Source: Flaccisagitta enflata
Lineage: Eukaryota
Direction: 5' to 3'
Length of the DNA: 64,000 nucleotides
Assembly (NCBI GenBank): GCA_965153355.1
Contig: OZ231126.1
Location: forward strand, 32,240,001-32,304,000
A model generated the notes under the pieces. The model saw only the letters and a list, made by a program, of their open reading frames with translations. It was not told where the DNA came from and ran no database searches. Shown here piece by piece: positions 15,248 through 29,423 of this stretch (the first letter of the stretch is position 1; each line of letters opens with the position of its first letter). The position numbers and the translations under genes are program-made.

Positions 15248-15804
15248 TATTTTGGAATGGTGGTTCTCATTGGTTGTTTTTGATGGACGGAGGTAAATGC
15301 TGATAATGTGGCTGATGAAACTGTCGGAGGGCTCATGGTCTTGTTGAATCAACGCTGTTGATCGTCGTAGGGCCCACTGGGCTGGAATCATCACCCAGCA
15401 AGATTTTGTCTACCACCCAGCCACCGTCAAAAATTCCTCAACCTAACCATCTTATCCTGATCCATAGTGAGATTGAAAGCCTGGTGACAAAATGGATCTA
15501 AAAGAAAAGAAGCTCTTTTGGTCCATTCACCAAATTAAGTGCCAAGTTAGAAATTATTACATGATGAAAAAGATACTTGGCCAATGACGGCAAAGCAGGA
15601 GTCCAATTAGAAGAAAGCACTCCGTGCACTGAATTGATTATGACTTTGTATACAGACGGCGTGTAAACTTCTCGTGATGAAAAAGAAAATGAATAAGGTA
15701 GTGGGAGGTCAGAAAGGATTACAGGAAATGGTAAGTTCAAACGCGCAACCATGATCAATGCAGATGGCGCAGAATTCAGAGAGTACAAAAAGAACATGAT
15801 GAGG

Positions 15805-15843
<39 letters not shown>

Positions 15844-16099
15844 TTTTCTTGTGAATGCCTCCGACGAAATAGGATGGGAGTAACTGAGTTTCGGACTTAA
15901 TAAAATCAAGAAACTATTTATGACGTTTCGTTCACACAACACCCGCCGGAACGAAATTCACCAGGTTACATTCATCGGGCATTATTCATCAAATATCATT
16001 AGAAAGGCATCATCCATTTAGCAAAGCGACAAATCTGTGTTTCGCTGTGTCTAAACAGTGTGACAAGATTCTTGAAATGGCGTTCATGAACGTTCATTT

Positions 16100-16750
16100 A
16101 TCAGTCAAAAGTGAGCAAACAATAAGCATTCATCAGTCAATGGTGAGCAACAGTGAGCAGTCAACATCAAGAAGCATTGATCAGTAAACAGTAAGCCAGC
16201 ATCAAGAGGCAGTCATCAGTCAACAGTGAGCCAACATCAAGAGGCGTTCAACAGTCAACAGTGAGCCAACATCAGGAGGCATTGATCAGGAAACAGTGAG
16301 CCAAAATCAAGAGGCATTGATCGGTCAACAGTGAGCCAACATCAAGAGGCATTGATCAGTCAACAGTGAGCCAACATCAAATGGCATTCATCAGTATACA
16401 GTGAGCCAACATCAAGAGGCGTTCATCAGTCAACAGTGAGCCAACATCAAGAGGCGTTCATCGGTAAACAGTGAGCCAACATCAAGAGGCGTTCATCAGT
16501 CAACAGTGAGCCAACATCAAGAGGCGTTCATCAGTCAACAGTGAGCCAACATCAAAAGGCATTGATCAATAAACAGTTAGCCAACATCAAGAGGCATTGA
16601 TCAGGAAACAGTGAGCCAACATCAAAAGGCATCGATCAGTCAACAGTAAGCCAACATCAAGAGGCATTCATCAGTAAACAGTGAGCCAACATCAAGAAGC
16701 GTTCATCAGTCAACAGTGAGCCAACAGTCTGCTAAAATCAAGAGGCATCC
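16100..16750. repeat. 35-bp minisatellite
   Basis: Unit TCAGTCAACAGTGAGCCAACATCAAGAGGC(A/G)TT(G/C)A, ~16 copies, degenerate at the edges. Confidence 0.9.
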
Positions 16751-16901
16751 ACCAGGCGCAATCTATCTAATGATATTTTTGGGGCAGAAACCCACAAGAC
16801 GTCATTTATAAGATAGCATTCAACACGAGTCCTTTTTAAGATGGCATTAATTAGATGACATTCATTAAAGACAATTCATCAGACAACATTCAATACATTA
16901 A

Positions 16902-17054
16902 AACAAGGCCGGATACACGGCAGGACAGTCGCGGACAGTTGGGCAGGAGCAGTAATGCAAAAACGGCTAGCAATTCAGAAATGATATGGACCAGCGGACC
17001 GACGGACGGACCAACCGACGGTAAGGTGTAGAGTCGCGAGTCTGCGACTAAAAA
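16902..17054 (-). mobile_element. HINE-like family A
   Basis: AACAAGGCCGGATACACGGC...TAGAGTCGCGAGTCTGCGACTAAAAA. Confidence 0.75.
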
Positions 17055-19084
17055 CATTAAGAAACAAGTAAGCAGCATGCTACATTTGATAGTGGGCATA
17101 AATCTCTCCAAAGGCGATGGAGAGAAAATTTGCATCTGAATGAGATCTTTGGATTCCGTTATTCGAAAGAACGGATTAAAAAAGAAATCAAATCTGAATG
17201 AGAAGAAATAAGTGGAGTTAGTAGTTTATCAAGCAGTCATCAAGTCTATCATTAAGGGAGGAAGATCCTTTATTCTAGCAGCTACCATTATGGCACATTA
17301 AGTCGCTGGTTAGTCTCTTCAGGAACCCCAATCTTCATTTCCCATTTGTCATTGCCAAAATCTTCATTTCCAACTTGTCATTATCATTGTTGACAAAGGG
17401 AACGTCAACAAAGTTTTGTTATCCTAGGCTTCGTTCTTAAAAAAGGAAAATGAAGTCTCCAAAGCATAAACAGAATCGAGACCATCGAAAAAAAAACAGC
17501 CCAAAACTCGTTCAAATTCCATCAAAACAAAGACAAAATCTAGACAAAAATAAAAACATGAATAACATTTTAAAGGTCAGTGACGGGGGAGGAGGTGAAA
17601 GAAAAAAGGAGAGGGAAAAAGAGGAGGTGGAGAAGAAGGAGAGAGAGAGAAAAAGGCGATTGAGTTTAAGAAGGTAAAGGTGAAGGAGAGGGAGAGGGAG
17701 AGGGAGAGCAAGAGAGAGGGGAAAAGGAAAAGGTGAAGGAAAAGGAGATGAATAAAAACATGACGAAAATCATCAAAGAACGAGGTTTTTTACTACTTTG
17801 GACTGCTTGCCAATAATTCATTTCATTTTCAGTTTGCACTTTCCCAAAATCCAATTAGATGAAAATGCATTCATGGCAAGACTAACCATTCATGAGTGGA
17901 CAAGGGAAGTGAGGAAAATTAAAACCGATGAAGCTCAAGGATCCTAGGTGTCATACAGACAGATCAAATGACTTAATGACAAACCGACACAAACTGAAAC
18001 ATGAATGCATGAAATCGCATGCGCGAAGCGAAAAACAAGTCTGAATACTCGGGGGCCCAGGCACCCAGTCGCGTGCGGGCGTAAATAATTTCCCATAAAC
18101 TACAACTTCTACAACTCCATGTTATTCTACACTTTTACCTCATGTCCGCCAACATCCATTACATGTACGCATATGTTTTAGTCATTCTGTTTCCTTCTCC
18201 TTTTTGTTTGGTCGTTGAAATGCGATTTTCGAGTTGATTTCGGTTAACGAGGCTCGAAGGCGAAATCCAGCTGACGCCCGACTTAAACTTGATGATGTTG
18301 TAAAGTGCGCCTGTAACAAGAGGCCCTGTCACCAGGCCGGATCACAAGCCACTAAGGGCGTCTTTTAAGTGATTTGGCGAATAAATAGTGAATTTCTCAT
18401 ATCATCTTTTGAATGGCCTTGGAGAAAGTGATCCGCACCAGTTTCATATTATACTTTATCTTGCATTGCCAAGAAAGTAACTTAAACAATTGTTTTCCTC
18501 TTTATATCATTACTGAGACAGAAAAAAAATCCATTGCCGTCTAAGGCACTACCTGTGGCTATGGCTGTAACGATTCCAAGTTTAAAATCTGGAGATACAC
18601 TTTTTATCGCTTTAGGAGTTATTGTACATGGAAAAGAGTTGCAATATCTGTTCATTGCATCCTGAAAATCACTCATCGCATCTTTCATTGATAATTTCAC
18701 CCAAAAATACGGGACCAAAAGGCAGCAGAGGGACAAGAGAGACAAGAGAGACCGGCTAAGCAGCAGGGATGGTGCTCTTACCTTGTTTTCATTGCGCTTT
18801 CTTGCAATCATAAGGGCGGCCTCTAGGTACCAAAATAGTGACTATTTCTTTCACAAGACAGATGGTACAAACGGGTCCCAAGCTTAAATAGGCGTCCATG
18901 GCCTGTCATAAGGGCCCTGTTTCCAGGCTGGATCACAAGCTGCCATTTTAGGTCCCGGTGCTCTCTTTTTGAAATTATACAGTCTATCTTTACTTGAGAG
19001 CAGACCCGCTGATTTTGTTTTCCTTCCGAGCAGCAGGAACTAACTCCCAAAATCTTCCGACTGGCCTGGCTGACTATCTACCTA

Positions 19085-19365
19085 CCATATTTTTCCTAAT
19101 TAGCGCCCCCTCAAGCACTATTTATCGCATTTTTTTTTCAAAAGAAATGAAAAAGTTAGAGTGAAGAGATAAGAATTCAAGATACACAAACAAACTCTAA
19201 TCTTTTTAGTTTCTTTATTCTACTTTTTTTCAAAATGCTTATGAATTAAAAAAACTATCGTATAAAAAAACTTAAAGATCTAAAAACTTCTCTGCTAGTG
19301 AAGGATTTTGCTTTTCAAAAAAGAGGGGGGGGGGCGAAAATTAGGGGAGGTGAGGGGAAATATGG
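19085..19365. mobile_element. Degenerate Tc1/pogo-like MITE
   Basis: TA-CCATATTTTTCCTAATTAGCGCCCCC at left; GGGGCGAAAATTAGGGG..GGAAATATGG at right. Confidence 0.5.
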
Positions 19366-19661
19366 CATGTCTGTCTGTCATACTATCTTTTGAGTTTAAT
19401 TGGTGGACAGACAGATGGACCAACGCGACAGACCAGTGGACACACATGAATGAGTCGGAGTAAATGAAGTGCCAAAAACTTGATTAGCTCTCTCTCTCTC
19501 TCTCTCTCTGGAATGATAACAGAAGTTTGCCAAATTTTTGAAGGCCCATACCTTCTGTTTCATAGATGTCAAAAACCTGTGATGCAGATGTATAAAACAT
19601 TTTCCATCTCAATTCTAAACATATTCCTCCTTTTCTTGAATTTTTCAAATCAAATCAAGTT

Positions 19662-19758
<97 letters not shown>

Positions 19759-20239
19759 CTCTTTTCCTCTTTTTTTTTTCTCTTTTCCTCTCTTTTCCCA
19801 TCTTTTTGCCAATTCTTCCGAGTAGCGGCGCTGCGCGCTGCTACACAATCAGCGCCTCTGCTTGAGAGCTTGTCAAGAGACTCAAGACTCAAGAAATAGT
19901 GAAGTAACCAAGTACATAATCCATGCCGTAGCCCGTATAGGCGAGCATACCATACTAGCGGGTGCGCTAAAGCGGGGCATATGCCTGAACTAATACGCCG
20001 TCATCAAGTTTCCCGCACCGAGAAGTTTGGACGACAATTTACGGAATCAAAGGTAAGACGGAAAGGCCATTGCCAAATCAAGCTTCGTCACTTTAATCAT
20101 CAGCCATCCACCTGCTCTCTTGCTATGGCCATTTGGCGTTTCTGTCCTTTGGCACGTGTGGCGTTTACTCAGTCATGATCAAACGTGTCATGTCCTCATC
20201 TTAAGACCCTAACTATTCTACATGTTTAATCTATCTAGG

Positions 20240-20300
<61 letters not shown>

Positions 20301-20789
20301 ACTTTTCGCGCTTTCGTCACGCATTACTTATGATATATAAAAGTAAAGCTACCAAAGGAGACAACCTTTTTACGAGTTGCCCATCGAGATGATAGCTGTA
20401 CCAACAATTACAATTTACGTGGCAAAGGATTTTATCCAGTCAGTAGTTTTTTAGAACCAAAAGTGAGCATTCTTACCATGCAACTTCTAAAAAATGAAAA
20501 TTCCATGTTTAAAATATTCAAAATTGACCAGTCACTACTTTTAAAAATCAAAAGTGGAAATCAGTGAAGAAAAAAGTTGCATTTTCACCAAAATTCAACA
20601 ACTTTCCAATATATAAAAATGAAGACTATAAATTCATCCAAATATGATGCTTTCATAAGTGCAAATAATATCAGTGATTATTCTCTGAGCAAAGACTGAG
20701 GATTATATGATACTAAGAAACAATTTGTAGCGAGAGAAAAAGAAAATCTGTTTTGATCATCGTGAACTAGTCGCTAGTCACTAAGTTAG

Positions 20790-21950
20790 TCATTTAATCG
20801 GGAAACATGCTATTCTTCGCTCGCGACGGCCGCCAATAACTTTGAAAAACTTGACACTTTTTTCATCCGCAGTGAGAGAATTGTTCAAATGCTCAGCATC
20901 TTGCCGTAATTTAATCTCCCATGCTTTTTCCACGTGACATTCCAATTTTGTCATGTCGTGAGTTCCATTTCTCCATTCCTTTCAGCTTCTTTGCCATCAT
21001 GAGCATTGCCCTCTTCTTTTCTGTGCATGCAAATTTGACGACCAGGGGGCGCAAATTGCTACTGTTTGATGTTCCAACACGAAAATGATGAACAATGTCG
21101 GTAGAAGGATCCAGGTCCAGGTCCAAGTCACCAGCAAGCAATTTGATCATGGCAAGATCGTCATCTGTTTCCTGTTGCCCAAAAATGATGATGTTGTTTC
21201 TCTTTCGTTCGCGCAAGCCCCATTCTGGAACAAATTGCACAGGTGTGCCTTCATTCGTTGTGGCAGAGTCGGTTGAACTTTGCGCTGAATTGTGAATTTC
21301 ATCCACTTCTGCGTTGATGGCTTGAAATTCGGTCTGGAGCTCCTGTAATCTGACGTCAGTTGATGTTGTTCTTTCTTCAATGGCATCCATCTTGGTCTTC
21401 AATTCATCTTTGATACGCCTGGTTTTTTCCATCTCCTCTGCAAACTTGTGATTTGTTGCATCTAACTATTGTTGTAATTTGGTCAATTTCTTTCCAAAAG
21501 CTTCAAATTTGGTCTTTGAGGCAACCTGATGCTTAACCACTTGGGCTTTGAAGGAATCAGCACTTGTGATATGTTTTTCCATTTTTATGCTTAGCATGGC
21601 TATTGTTTCCTTCAAAGCCGTTTGATTATGGTTAATGCCTTCCATGACTTCAGCGTACTTTTCAAAACCTTTTTTGAGGGCCATGAGTAGATTTTCCATT
21701 TCGGTTTTCCATTCATTTGTTCCTTTTGACTCTTTTTCCAGTTGCTCAATATCACGCTGTATTTTCTCCATGTCTTGAGCTTTATTAGATTGTCAGAGCA
21801 GCATGAAACCGAGACTGTTCTAGATAGCTCTTTATCTCAGAGTATGGCGCTTGTGCCAACTGCCCCAGTGCTCAGTAACTTCCAACTCTGTGACAATCTA
21901 TCTTTAGTTCACGTAAAGATGACAATTTCCTTCAGTATGATTCAGTCTTT
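20790..21950 (-). pseudogene. LINE ORF1-like relic (coiled coil plus RRM-type domain) with stop codons and a frameshift
   Basis: Coiled-coil ORFs 21466-21771 and 20911-21432; motifs RERKRNNIIIFG and RPLVVKF resemble CR1/L2/L1-type ORF1p; after a frameshift the frame runs to ...VIGGRRERRIACFPIK* at 20790; 5' limit approximate. Confidence 0.7.
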
Positions 21951-22169
21951 GGTTCTGTGAAGTAGTTGAACAAGTAGTTGAACAAGTAGTTGAACAAGTA
22001 GTTGAACACAATTGTGCACACCTTCCTCCTCCCCTCCTTTTAAATGGCTCGTCCATCAACAGCTGCTTTGGCTGTTTGTCATATGGATTGTCTTTTCAGA
22101 TCATGTTAACCCCAGCTTAATCTTACTTCTGATAATCGACCACTGCACATGATGGTCACAATAAAACAG

Positions 22170-22527
22170 AACAAGTCATCCAAGGATCGCACATGATCAG
22201 CGGCACCCGATGCCCTGCTTGGAATGATTAGCTGAAAGGGCCGATGTCCTGTAGGACACAGGGGTGAATTTCCAGACGTCCTGAGAGGGCATATTTGAGG
22301 CCTTGGTAGCAATTTTCCAAGTTATTGAGTAGGAATTTTGCATTTTTTCAATTCCTCATCATTTTACCATGTTGTTCAATGGGATTTTTACATATTTTTC
22401 AATTTTTAGAGAAGCTTTGGTGGAAGGGGGGAACGGATGTACGGAAGGACGGAAATACAGACGGACATCTGGAAATTCACCCCTGTGTCCTACAGGACAT
22501 CGGCCCTTTGGGGTCGCTGTCCAAAAA
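22170..22527 (-). mobile_element. HINE-like family B without a tandem array
   Basis: ACAAGTCATCCAAGGATCGC end; inverted GGCCGATGTCCTGTAGGACACAGGG block; CCAAAAA end. Confidence 0.65.
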
Positions 22528-22788
22528 GGAAGACGAACATCAATCAATCTAACATTGGCAACATCATACAATTTCTGTTTGTTTATGACTACAAATTTTC
22601 CAGAGCCATTTTGCTCCGGCGCACGGCCATAACAGATTTCCGAGTCCAGTTCAAGAGCCCAAGAAGCAGGTCTTACTTCATTTCCTTGAGAAAATGTAGC
22701 TCACATCTTAAACATGAAAACTTGCCTTTACAACCCCCTCGCCCAAAGCCGAGGATCATCAAAATTTACCATAACTTGATATCAATCT

Positions 22789-22903
<115 letters not shown>

Positions 22904-23812
22904 TCTTCATTGCATTAAATTTATGATTGCCACTCTCTTGCAAAGACCAAGAAGTGCTTCAAGGTCTTATCTCATTTCCTTCTTTACTTTATGTCAACGT
23001 GGCTCTGAGAATGAATCTGGAAAAGAAATAAACAGAAAAAAAAGAAGAAATGTAGAAATAAAATACAAATTTCGCCGGTAGCGAGATAGACACCAGATTT
23101 TACGACCAAAGGTGAGCAGGAAAAAAAGGAATTGGACAGACAGACAGACAGACAGACAGAAGGTATTCCGAAAAAAGAGACGGGGCTATTTGACAGTATA
23201 ACTAAGAGAACATAGACTGGACAAAAAATTAAGGTAGATGAAGAAATGTAGATGTTAATCAAAGAAAGCGACAAAGATAGAAATGATTAGAAGGAGGAAA
23301 GAAAGAAAGAAAAGAAAGAAAGAAAGAAAGGAAAGAAGGAATCTAGAGAGGAAACGGAAATCAGATCATTGGCATGGAGGTTGAGGTGGAGGGGGAAGAG
23401 GTGGAAAAGGAGGAAGAGAGAGAAGAGGAGGAGGAAGAGGAGGAGGCGGCGGAGGTCGATGGCGACTCTGAGGTCGATATGGGGCAGCACCAAAAGGTCA
23501 GAAGGAAAGACGACGATAGCTGCAGCAGCAAAGGCAATAGCAGCTGCAACAACAACAGCAGCATCTACAGCCAGTGCCAGAGGTCGTCAAGTTCAACGAG
23601 ATTGCATTTCATTCATGCTCTTATTATAAGTATGAGTCGGGGGTTGTGAGTGTGTGTGAGAAAAAGGGAAATGGATGGGGGTTGGGAGCTTGCATGAGTG
23701 GGGGTTAGGAGTGGGACAGGATGAATATGATGGTCACAGGTAAATAAGAGGAAGTGGAATAGTTTCATTGGATCCCGAAATATTTTTCGATTCAAATGGA
23801 CGTACGAAAATA

Positions 23813-23983
23813 AACAAGGCCAGATACACGGCAATCCAGTCGCGGATGGTTGGGCAGGAGCAGTAATGCGAAAACCGCTTGGAATATAAAAATGTGACGG
23901 ACGGACGGACCGACCGACCTACCGACCGACCGACCGACCGACCGACACGGCAAGGTTTAGAGTCGCGTGTCCGCGACTAAAAA
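23813..23983 (-). mobile_element. HINE-like family A
   Basis: ACAAGGCCAGATACACGGC...(GACC)n...AGAGTCGCGTGTCCGCGACTAAAAA. Confidence 0.75.
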
Positions 23984-24806
23984 GTGATGATGGTATCATT
24001 AACTATAACTTAAGTGTTTTTTAAAAACTGCTTAAGAATCTATACTGGTCTTTTTCTACCACAAAAACAGAGTCAAAGTAAAACGATGAATGAAATTGAA
24101 AGGGTTGGCCAGAATAAACTACCATCTCGTTCCAACTTCCATTCAATTCAGTCTAGTCCCTCGCCTTCCCCCTTTCTTTTCTTCCTCTGTTTTCTCCTCC
24201 GCCTCTTCCGCCATATTCAGTCTTCCTAGTCCATCCCTTCCACCGTATCCTCTGTTTCCCTCCACTTCCGCCTCTGCCTCGGGCCGTAGAAAAGAGGTGA
24301 AAGAACTGAGAAAGTTCCTCCTTTTTTTTTCATGGTTTATGACCCAAGATTCGCATCGCTAAACTTTAAAAAAAGGGAAAGAAATAGAGAAAAAAAAGGA
24401 AGATAAAAGGAATAGAAAGGATGGGGGAAATAAAAGGGGAAATAAAAAGTGGAGAAATGGGAGAGAAAAAAAGAGAAAATGTGGGAAAAACAATTGTAGA
24501 AAGTTGGAAGGCAAATGTGGAGAGCAGAAAATATGATATCGCGCCTCGCAGTTGAGTGGACGCAGATGCGAAGAAAGGGAGGGGGAGGAGAGAGGGGAGG
24601 AGAGAGGAGAGGAAGAGAAGGAGGAAAAGGAGAAGAAGAAGAAGAAGAAAGCGATAAAGGAGGAGAAGAAGAAGAAGAAAAAGAAAAATAAAAAGAAAAA
24701 GAAAGAAAAGAAGTAAAAGAAGAAAAAGAAGAAAAAGAAAAAGAAGAAGAAAAAGAAGAGGAAGAAGAAAAAGAAGAGGAAGAAGAAGAAGAATGAGAAT
24801 AAGAAT

Positions 24807-24837
<31 letters not shown>

Positions 24838-25244
24838 GAAAAAGAAAAAGAAAGAGAAGAAAAAGAAAAAGAAGAGGAAGAAGAAGTTAAAGAAGTAAAC
24901 AAAGAAGGAGAGAAAATTTACATTAGCCACCATCATCAAGTGTTCCCACACTGCGCTATCATAATGCAGAATGTAAATTATGGAGATAATTAAATCGCTC
25001 ACTTCATTGCCTTTCGTACAATTGCAATTGTTTGTCCTTGGTAGCTAGAACAAGAACTGGCAATGTTATCTGTCTTCGTCTTTGCCGTCTTATTCCACCT
25101 GTCATCATTGTCCTGGAATGTTGACCTAAGGTCACCATGATTGACTTTTCCATCCGGCCCATGGACAGAATCGGGGCCAAGAAATGGTCAATCAGAATCA
25201 ATGTAAGCAAAACAAAGCATGTAGAACAAACACCGTCATATTTG

Positions 25245-25245
<1 letters not shown>

Positions 25246-25297
<52 letters not shown>

Positions 25298-25298
25298 T

Positions 25299-25342
<44 letters not shown>

Positions 25343-25358
25343 TTTCATCATCATCATC

Positions 25359-25409
<51 letters not shown>
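25246..25409. repeat. (CAT)n followed by (GA)n
   Basis: Direct. Confidence 0.95.
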
Positions 25410-25415
<6 letters not shown>

Positions 25416-25434
25416 AGCGATGAAGACAGCATTC

Positions 25435-26506
25435 AACTAGTCATCCAAGGATCGCACATGGTCAGCGGTACCCGATGCCCTGCTGGGAGTGATCCAATGA
25501 ATAGTCGCAAAAGCGCTAGATGGTCAGCGGTACCCGTTGCCCCTATATGAGTGTATGTTGGTGTGAGGTGGTTAGAGGGGCAGCGGCCCCGAAGAGGCCG
25601 ATGACCTATGCTGTTTTTATTTGGGCCTCAAAGATGGAATTAGGGCCTGGAGGCTGGAATTGGGGCCTGGAGGCTGGAATTGGGGCCTTGAGGCATGGAT
25701 TAGGGCCTTGAGCTGGGATTTGAGCTTCAAGGCTGGGATTTCAGCTTCAAGACTGAGATTTGAGCTTCGAGGCTGGGATTTGAGCTTTGAGGGTAGGATT
25801 TGAGCTTCAAGGCTGGGATTTGAGCCTCGAGGCTGGGAATTTAGCCTGAAGACTGAGATTTGAGCCTCGAAGCTGGGATTTGAGCCTCGAAGCTAGGATT
25901 TGGGTCTCGAGACTAGGATTTGGGCCTTGAAGGGGGGGGGGACGGAGGAGAAGGAGAAGAAGGAGGAGGAGAAAATCTCCCATATGTGTGAGAGCATAGG
26001 TCATCGGCCCCTTCGGGACCGCTGCCCAAAAAGTGTAGTGCAAGCAGGGGCAGCGCCCCTAAAAGGGCCGATGTCCTGTAGAACACAGGGGGGAATTTTC
26101 AGCATCCTGAGGGGGCATATTTCAGGCCTTAGATGACTTATTTAGCCCACTGAAGGCATATTTGAAGGCTTGAGGGTAGAATAAAGGCTTAGAGAGCAGA
26201 TTTGAGGTTTGGAGGGCAAAGTTTGAGCCAAGGAGGGCTGATTGATGCTTGGTGGTCTAACTGAAGGTCTGAAGGTCAGATTTGAGATCTGGAGGTTAGA
26301 TTTGAGGCTGGGGAGGGGCAGATTTGAATCCTGGAAGGCTTATATGAAGCTATGAGGGCTAAATTGAGGGCTGGTAGGGCAAATTTGAGGCCTTGATGGC
26401 CGACAGGGGGGAGGGATGGAAGGACGGATAGACAGAAGGATAGATGTCTGGAAATTCCCCCCTGTATTCTACAGGATGTCAGCCCTTTGGGGCCGCTGCC
26501 CAAAAA
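25435..26506 (-). mobile_element. Family B element with a second family B element (25500-26032, 20-bp array) nested inside
   Basis: Two sets of termini; the outer element resumes at 26033 in line with the uninterrupted version at 9790-9860. Confidence 0.6.
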
Positions 26507-26724
26507 GCTGTCGGAAGACAGACAGAGAAAAGACAGAACACAGACAGAAGATATGATAGGGAAGAGGTCATAAGTATTCAGAAAAATGGAGGGACCTAAA
26601 CTCAAAGAGGTGCATCTGGAGAGAAGAGACTTGAATCCAGAAAAAAAAAAATCGAATGAAAAGGATCGAAGCAAAATGCAGTTTGCTGCAAAAAGAAAGA
26701 AAGAAAGAAAGAAATAAAAAAAAA

Positions 26725-26808
<84 letters not shown>

Positions 26809-27441
26809 GAAAAAAAGATAGGACGAAATAAAGGACCAGTAAGAATAAAGGCTGAAAAATAAGAACAAAGCGAGAAGGAAAAAGAAAAAAAAAAGGTTAT
26901 GAAGACAAAAGAGCAAAAGTGGAATGGAGTAATTCTCGGCGCCAACGCTAAGCCACTAGTGGCGCTGGTGGCGCGCAGGTGAAAAAACGCAAAGCTAATA
27001 ATGATCCATGGTTGACTAGCTCGCCGGGGTAAAAACCGCCACAGGCGAAGAGGGGGGGGAGGCGGGTGAAGATGGGGGGGAGGTAGTTGGATTGGGTGGG
27101 CGAAAGAGAGAAAGAGGGGCGGTATTCAGGTACATCGGTGGTATGAGGGGGAACGAGATTGCAGTGTGATTGTAAGAAGAGATGGTAGAAAAACATGAGA
27201 TTTCTAGGGATGGTTGGAGGAAGTAATGAAGAATGGAAGCAGTAAGGTGAAAAGTCAAGTAAGGTCGAATAAGAATAGCGAGTTTGTATAATGCCACCGG
27301 GCTTGCGAAAAAAGTAAAAGTAAAGGAACAAGAGCAAGAGGTAAGAGCAAGAGGCAAAAGGAAGAAGAGGAAATAGGAGAAGAAGAAGAAGAAGAAGAAG
27401 AAGAAGATAAAGAAGAGTAAGAAGAGGAAAAAGAAGAAGAA

Positions 27442-27472
<31 letters not shown>

Positions 27473-29423
27473 AAGAAGAAGAAGAAGAAGAAGAAGAAGA
27501 AGAAGAAGAAGAAGAAGAAGAAGAAGAAGAAGAAGAACAAAAAAAACTGCAACGCCTTAGGTCATCCAACTTCCCGTGTACCACGTTTTTCAAACACACT
27601 CAACACAGCCTTCCTCCAGGCTTTAAAGGAAATACGTCATTTGTGTAAAAAAAAGCTTTTTGAAACGCAATAGACTTTTGAAAAAATAATTCTGTTGACG
27701 CAGTAATATGTATTGTGACTTTATTTTTTTGAATATGCAGATGACGTTTGTGTGAGCTTGAATGGGTTTCAGGTTATCTTTGTTGCGTGGAAGGAAGCTT
27801 TTCACTGTCTTCAGCTTTTGTGACGTCACAGAATTATTACGATATTATCTTTTTGAGATTAATGCTCAGGATTCTTTCTTTCCTGCCGCTAATTCGTGAC
27901 CACGCTGACGGCGGAGGCGGCGGTGGCGATGGAGGCAGCGGTGGCGGCGTTGGTGGCTTTGGCGGCGGAAGCGGCGGCGGTGGCGGCGGAAGCGGCGGTG
28001 ATGGCAGCAGTAGATGCAGTGGTGGCAACGGCAGCAGTAGATGCAGTGGGGGCAGAGGTATAGGTGCCAGTGGTGGTTATGGAGGCAGCGGAGGCAGAGA
28101 CATCGAATGTAATGACGGCAATAACAGTTATGTACAGACAACAGCTATTCACAGCCTGATATTCAGTCTACAAATATTGTGCAGCAATTAAGGTGGCCGA
28201 AAAGAAGGTTACAGAGGCGGCGAAGATGGTTTGAGCCTTGTGGGGTGGTAACTGGGTGGTTCGAGACTGGGTATGGGAACTGTCTTCAGCTCGGTCGATC
28301 TGGTTCATAGTGTGGCTGGAAAGTGAGCTGCATTTGGGAAAGTTATGGCGGAGGTGTTGTTTGCGGTTGCAGCGTTGTTGGTGACGGCGTCAAAGCTTGT
28401 AGTGGAGGCGGAAACGCAGTGACGGTTGCGGCAAGTCAAGAATCGGCAGCGGCAGTCTAAGTGTCGAAAGCGGCAAAGTTGTAGCAGCAGAGGCGGAAAC
28501 GCAATGACAAAAGTGGCAATTGAAGAATCGGCAGCGGCAGTAGGACTGTAGGAGTGTTGGCAGCGGCAGTAGGAGTGTCGGCAGCGGCAGTAGGAGTGTC
28601 GGCAGCGGCAGTCAAAGTGGCGATAGCGTCAAAGGCTGTAGCAGCAAAGGCAGAAACGCAATGACAGTAGCGGCAAATCGAGAATTGGCAGCGGCAGTAG
28701 GAGTGTCAGAAGTGGCAGTCAATGAGGCGGCAGCGTCCGTCGAAAGTGTCAGCAGCAGCTGACACAGTGGCGTAGGAGGCGGTGGCGGTGGTGGCGGTGG
28801 CGGTGGTGGCGGTGGCGGCGATCGAAAAAGTCGGTAGCGGCAAATACCTCCTCATCAATCATCAGAGCCGTAATCGGGAAAAGCTCCAAAGCTTCATTGC
28901 TCACCCTTTTCCGAATATATTCCATAAGATAACGGACAAGGTCTTTCTACGCCGCTTCATCTTATTCTCGCCTTTTCTTCTCTTTTTTGTTCTTCTTATT
29001 GTTCGCCTTCTTCTTGTTCTTGATGCTCTTCTTTTTCTTCTTCTTCTTCTTCTTCTTCTTCTTCTTCTTCTTCTTCTTCTTCTTCTTCTTCTTCTTCTTC
29101 TTCTTCTTCTTCTTCTTCTTCTTCATCTTCTTATTCCTCATCCTCATCCTCTTCCTCTTCCTCTTCCTCTTCTTCCTCTTTCTCTTTCTCTTTCTCTTTC
29201 TCTTTCTCTTCTTCTACTTCTTCTTCTTCTTCTTCTTCTACTTCTTCTTCTTCTCCCTTTTCTTTTTTCTTTTTTCTTTTTTCTTTTTTCTTTTTTCTTC
29301 TTCTTCTTCTTCTTCTTCTTCTTCTTCTTCTTCTTCTTCTTCTTCTTCCCCTTCTTCTCTCTTCATCTGTCTACTACATTTTCTTGCTCTTAATTTTCTT
29401 CTATTCTCCTTGAATTATTGTTC

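Noticed and set aside
16100-16750. 35-bp periodic array as a CRISPR array
   Set aside because: Units are contiguous with no unique spacers, no cas genes, eukaryotic context
23350-23620. Acidic or Ser-rich ORFs
   Set aside because: Low-complexity trinucleotide sequence, no recognisable domain or convincing splice context
27880-28830. Ala/Thr-rich (DTPTAAA) mucin- or antifreeze-like coding region on the minus strand
   Set aside because: Frame shifts repeatedly; looks like a degenerate GGC/GCA-derived repeat, though an exon cannot be fully excluded
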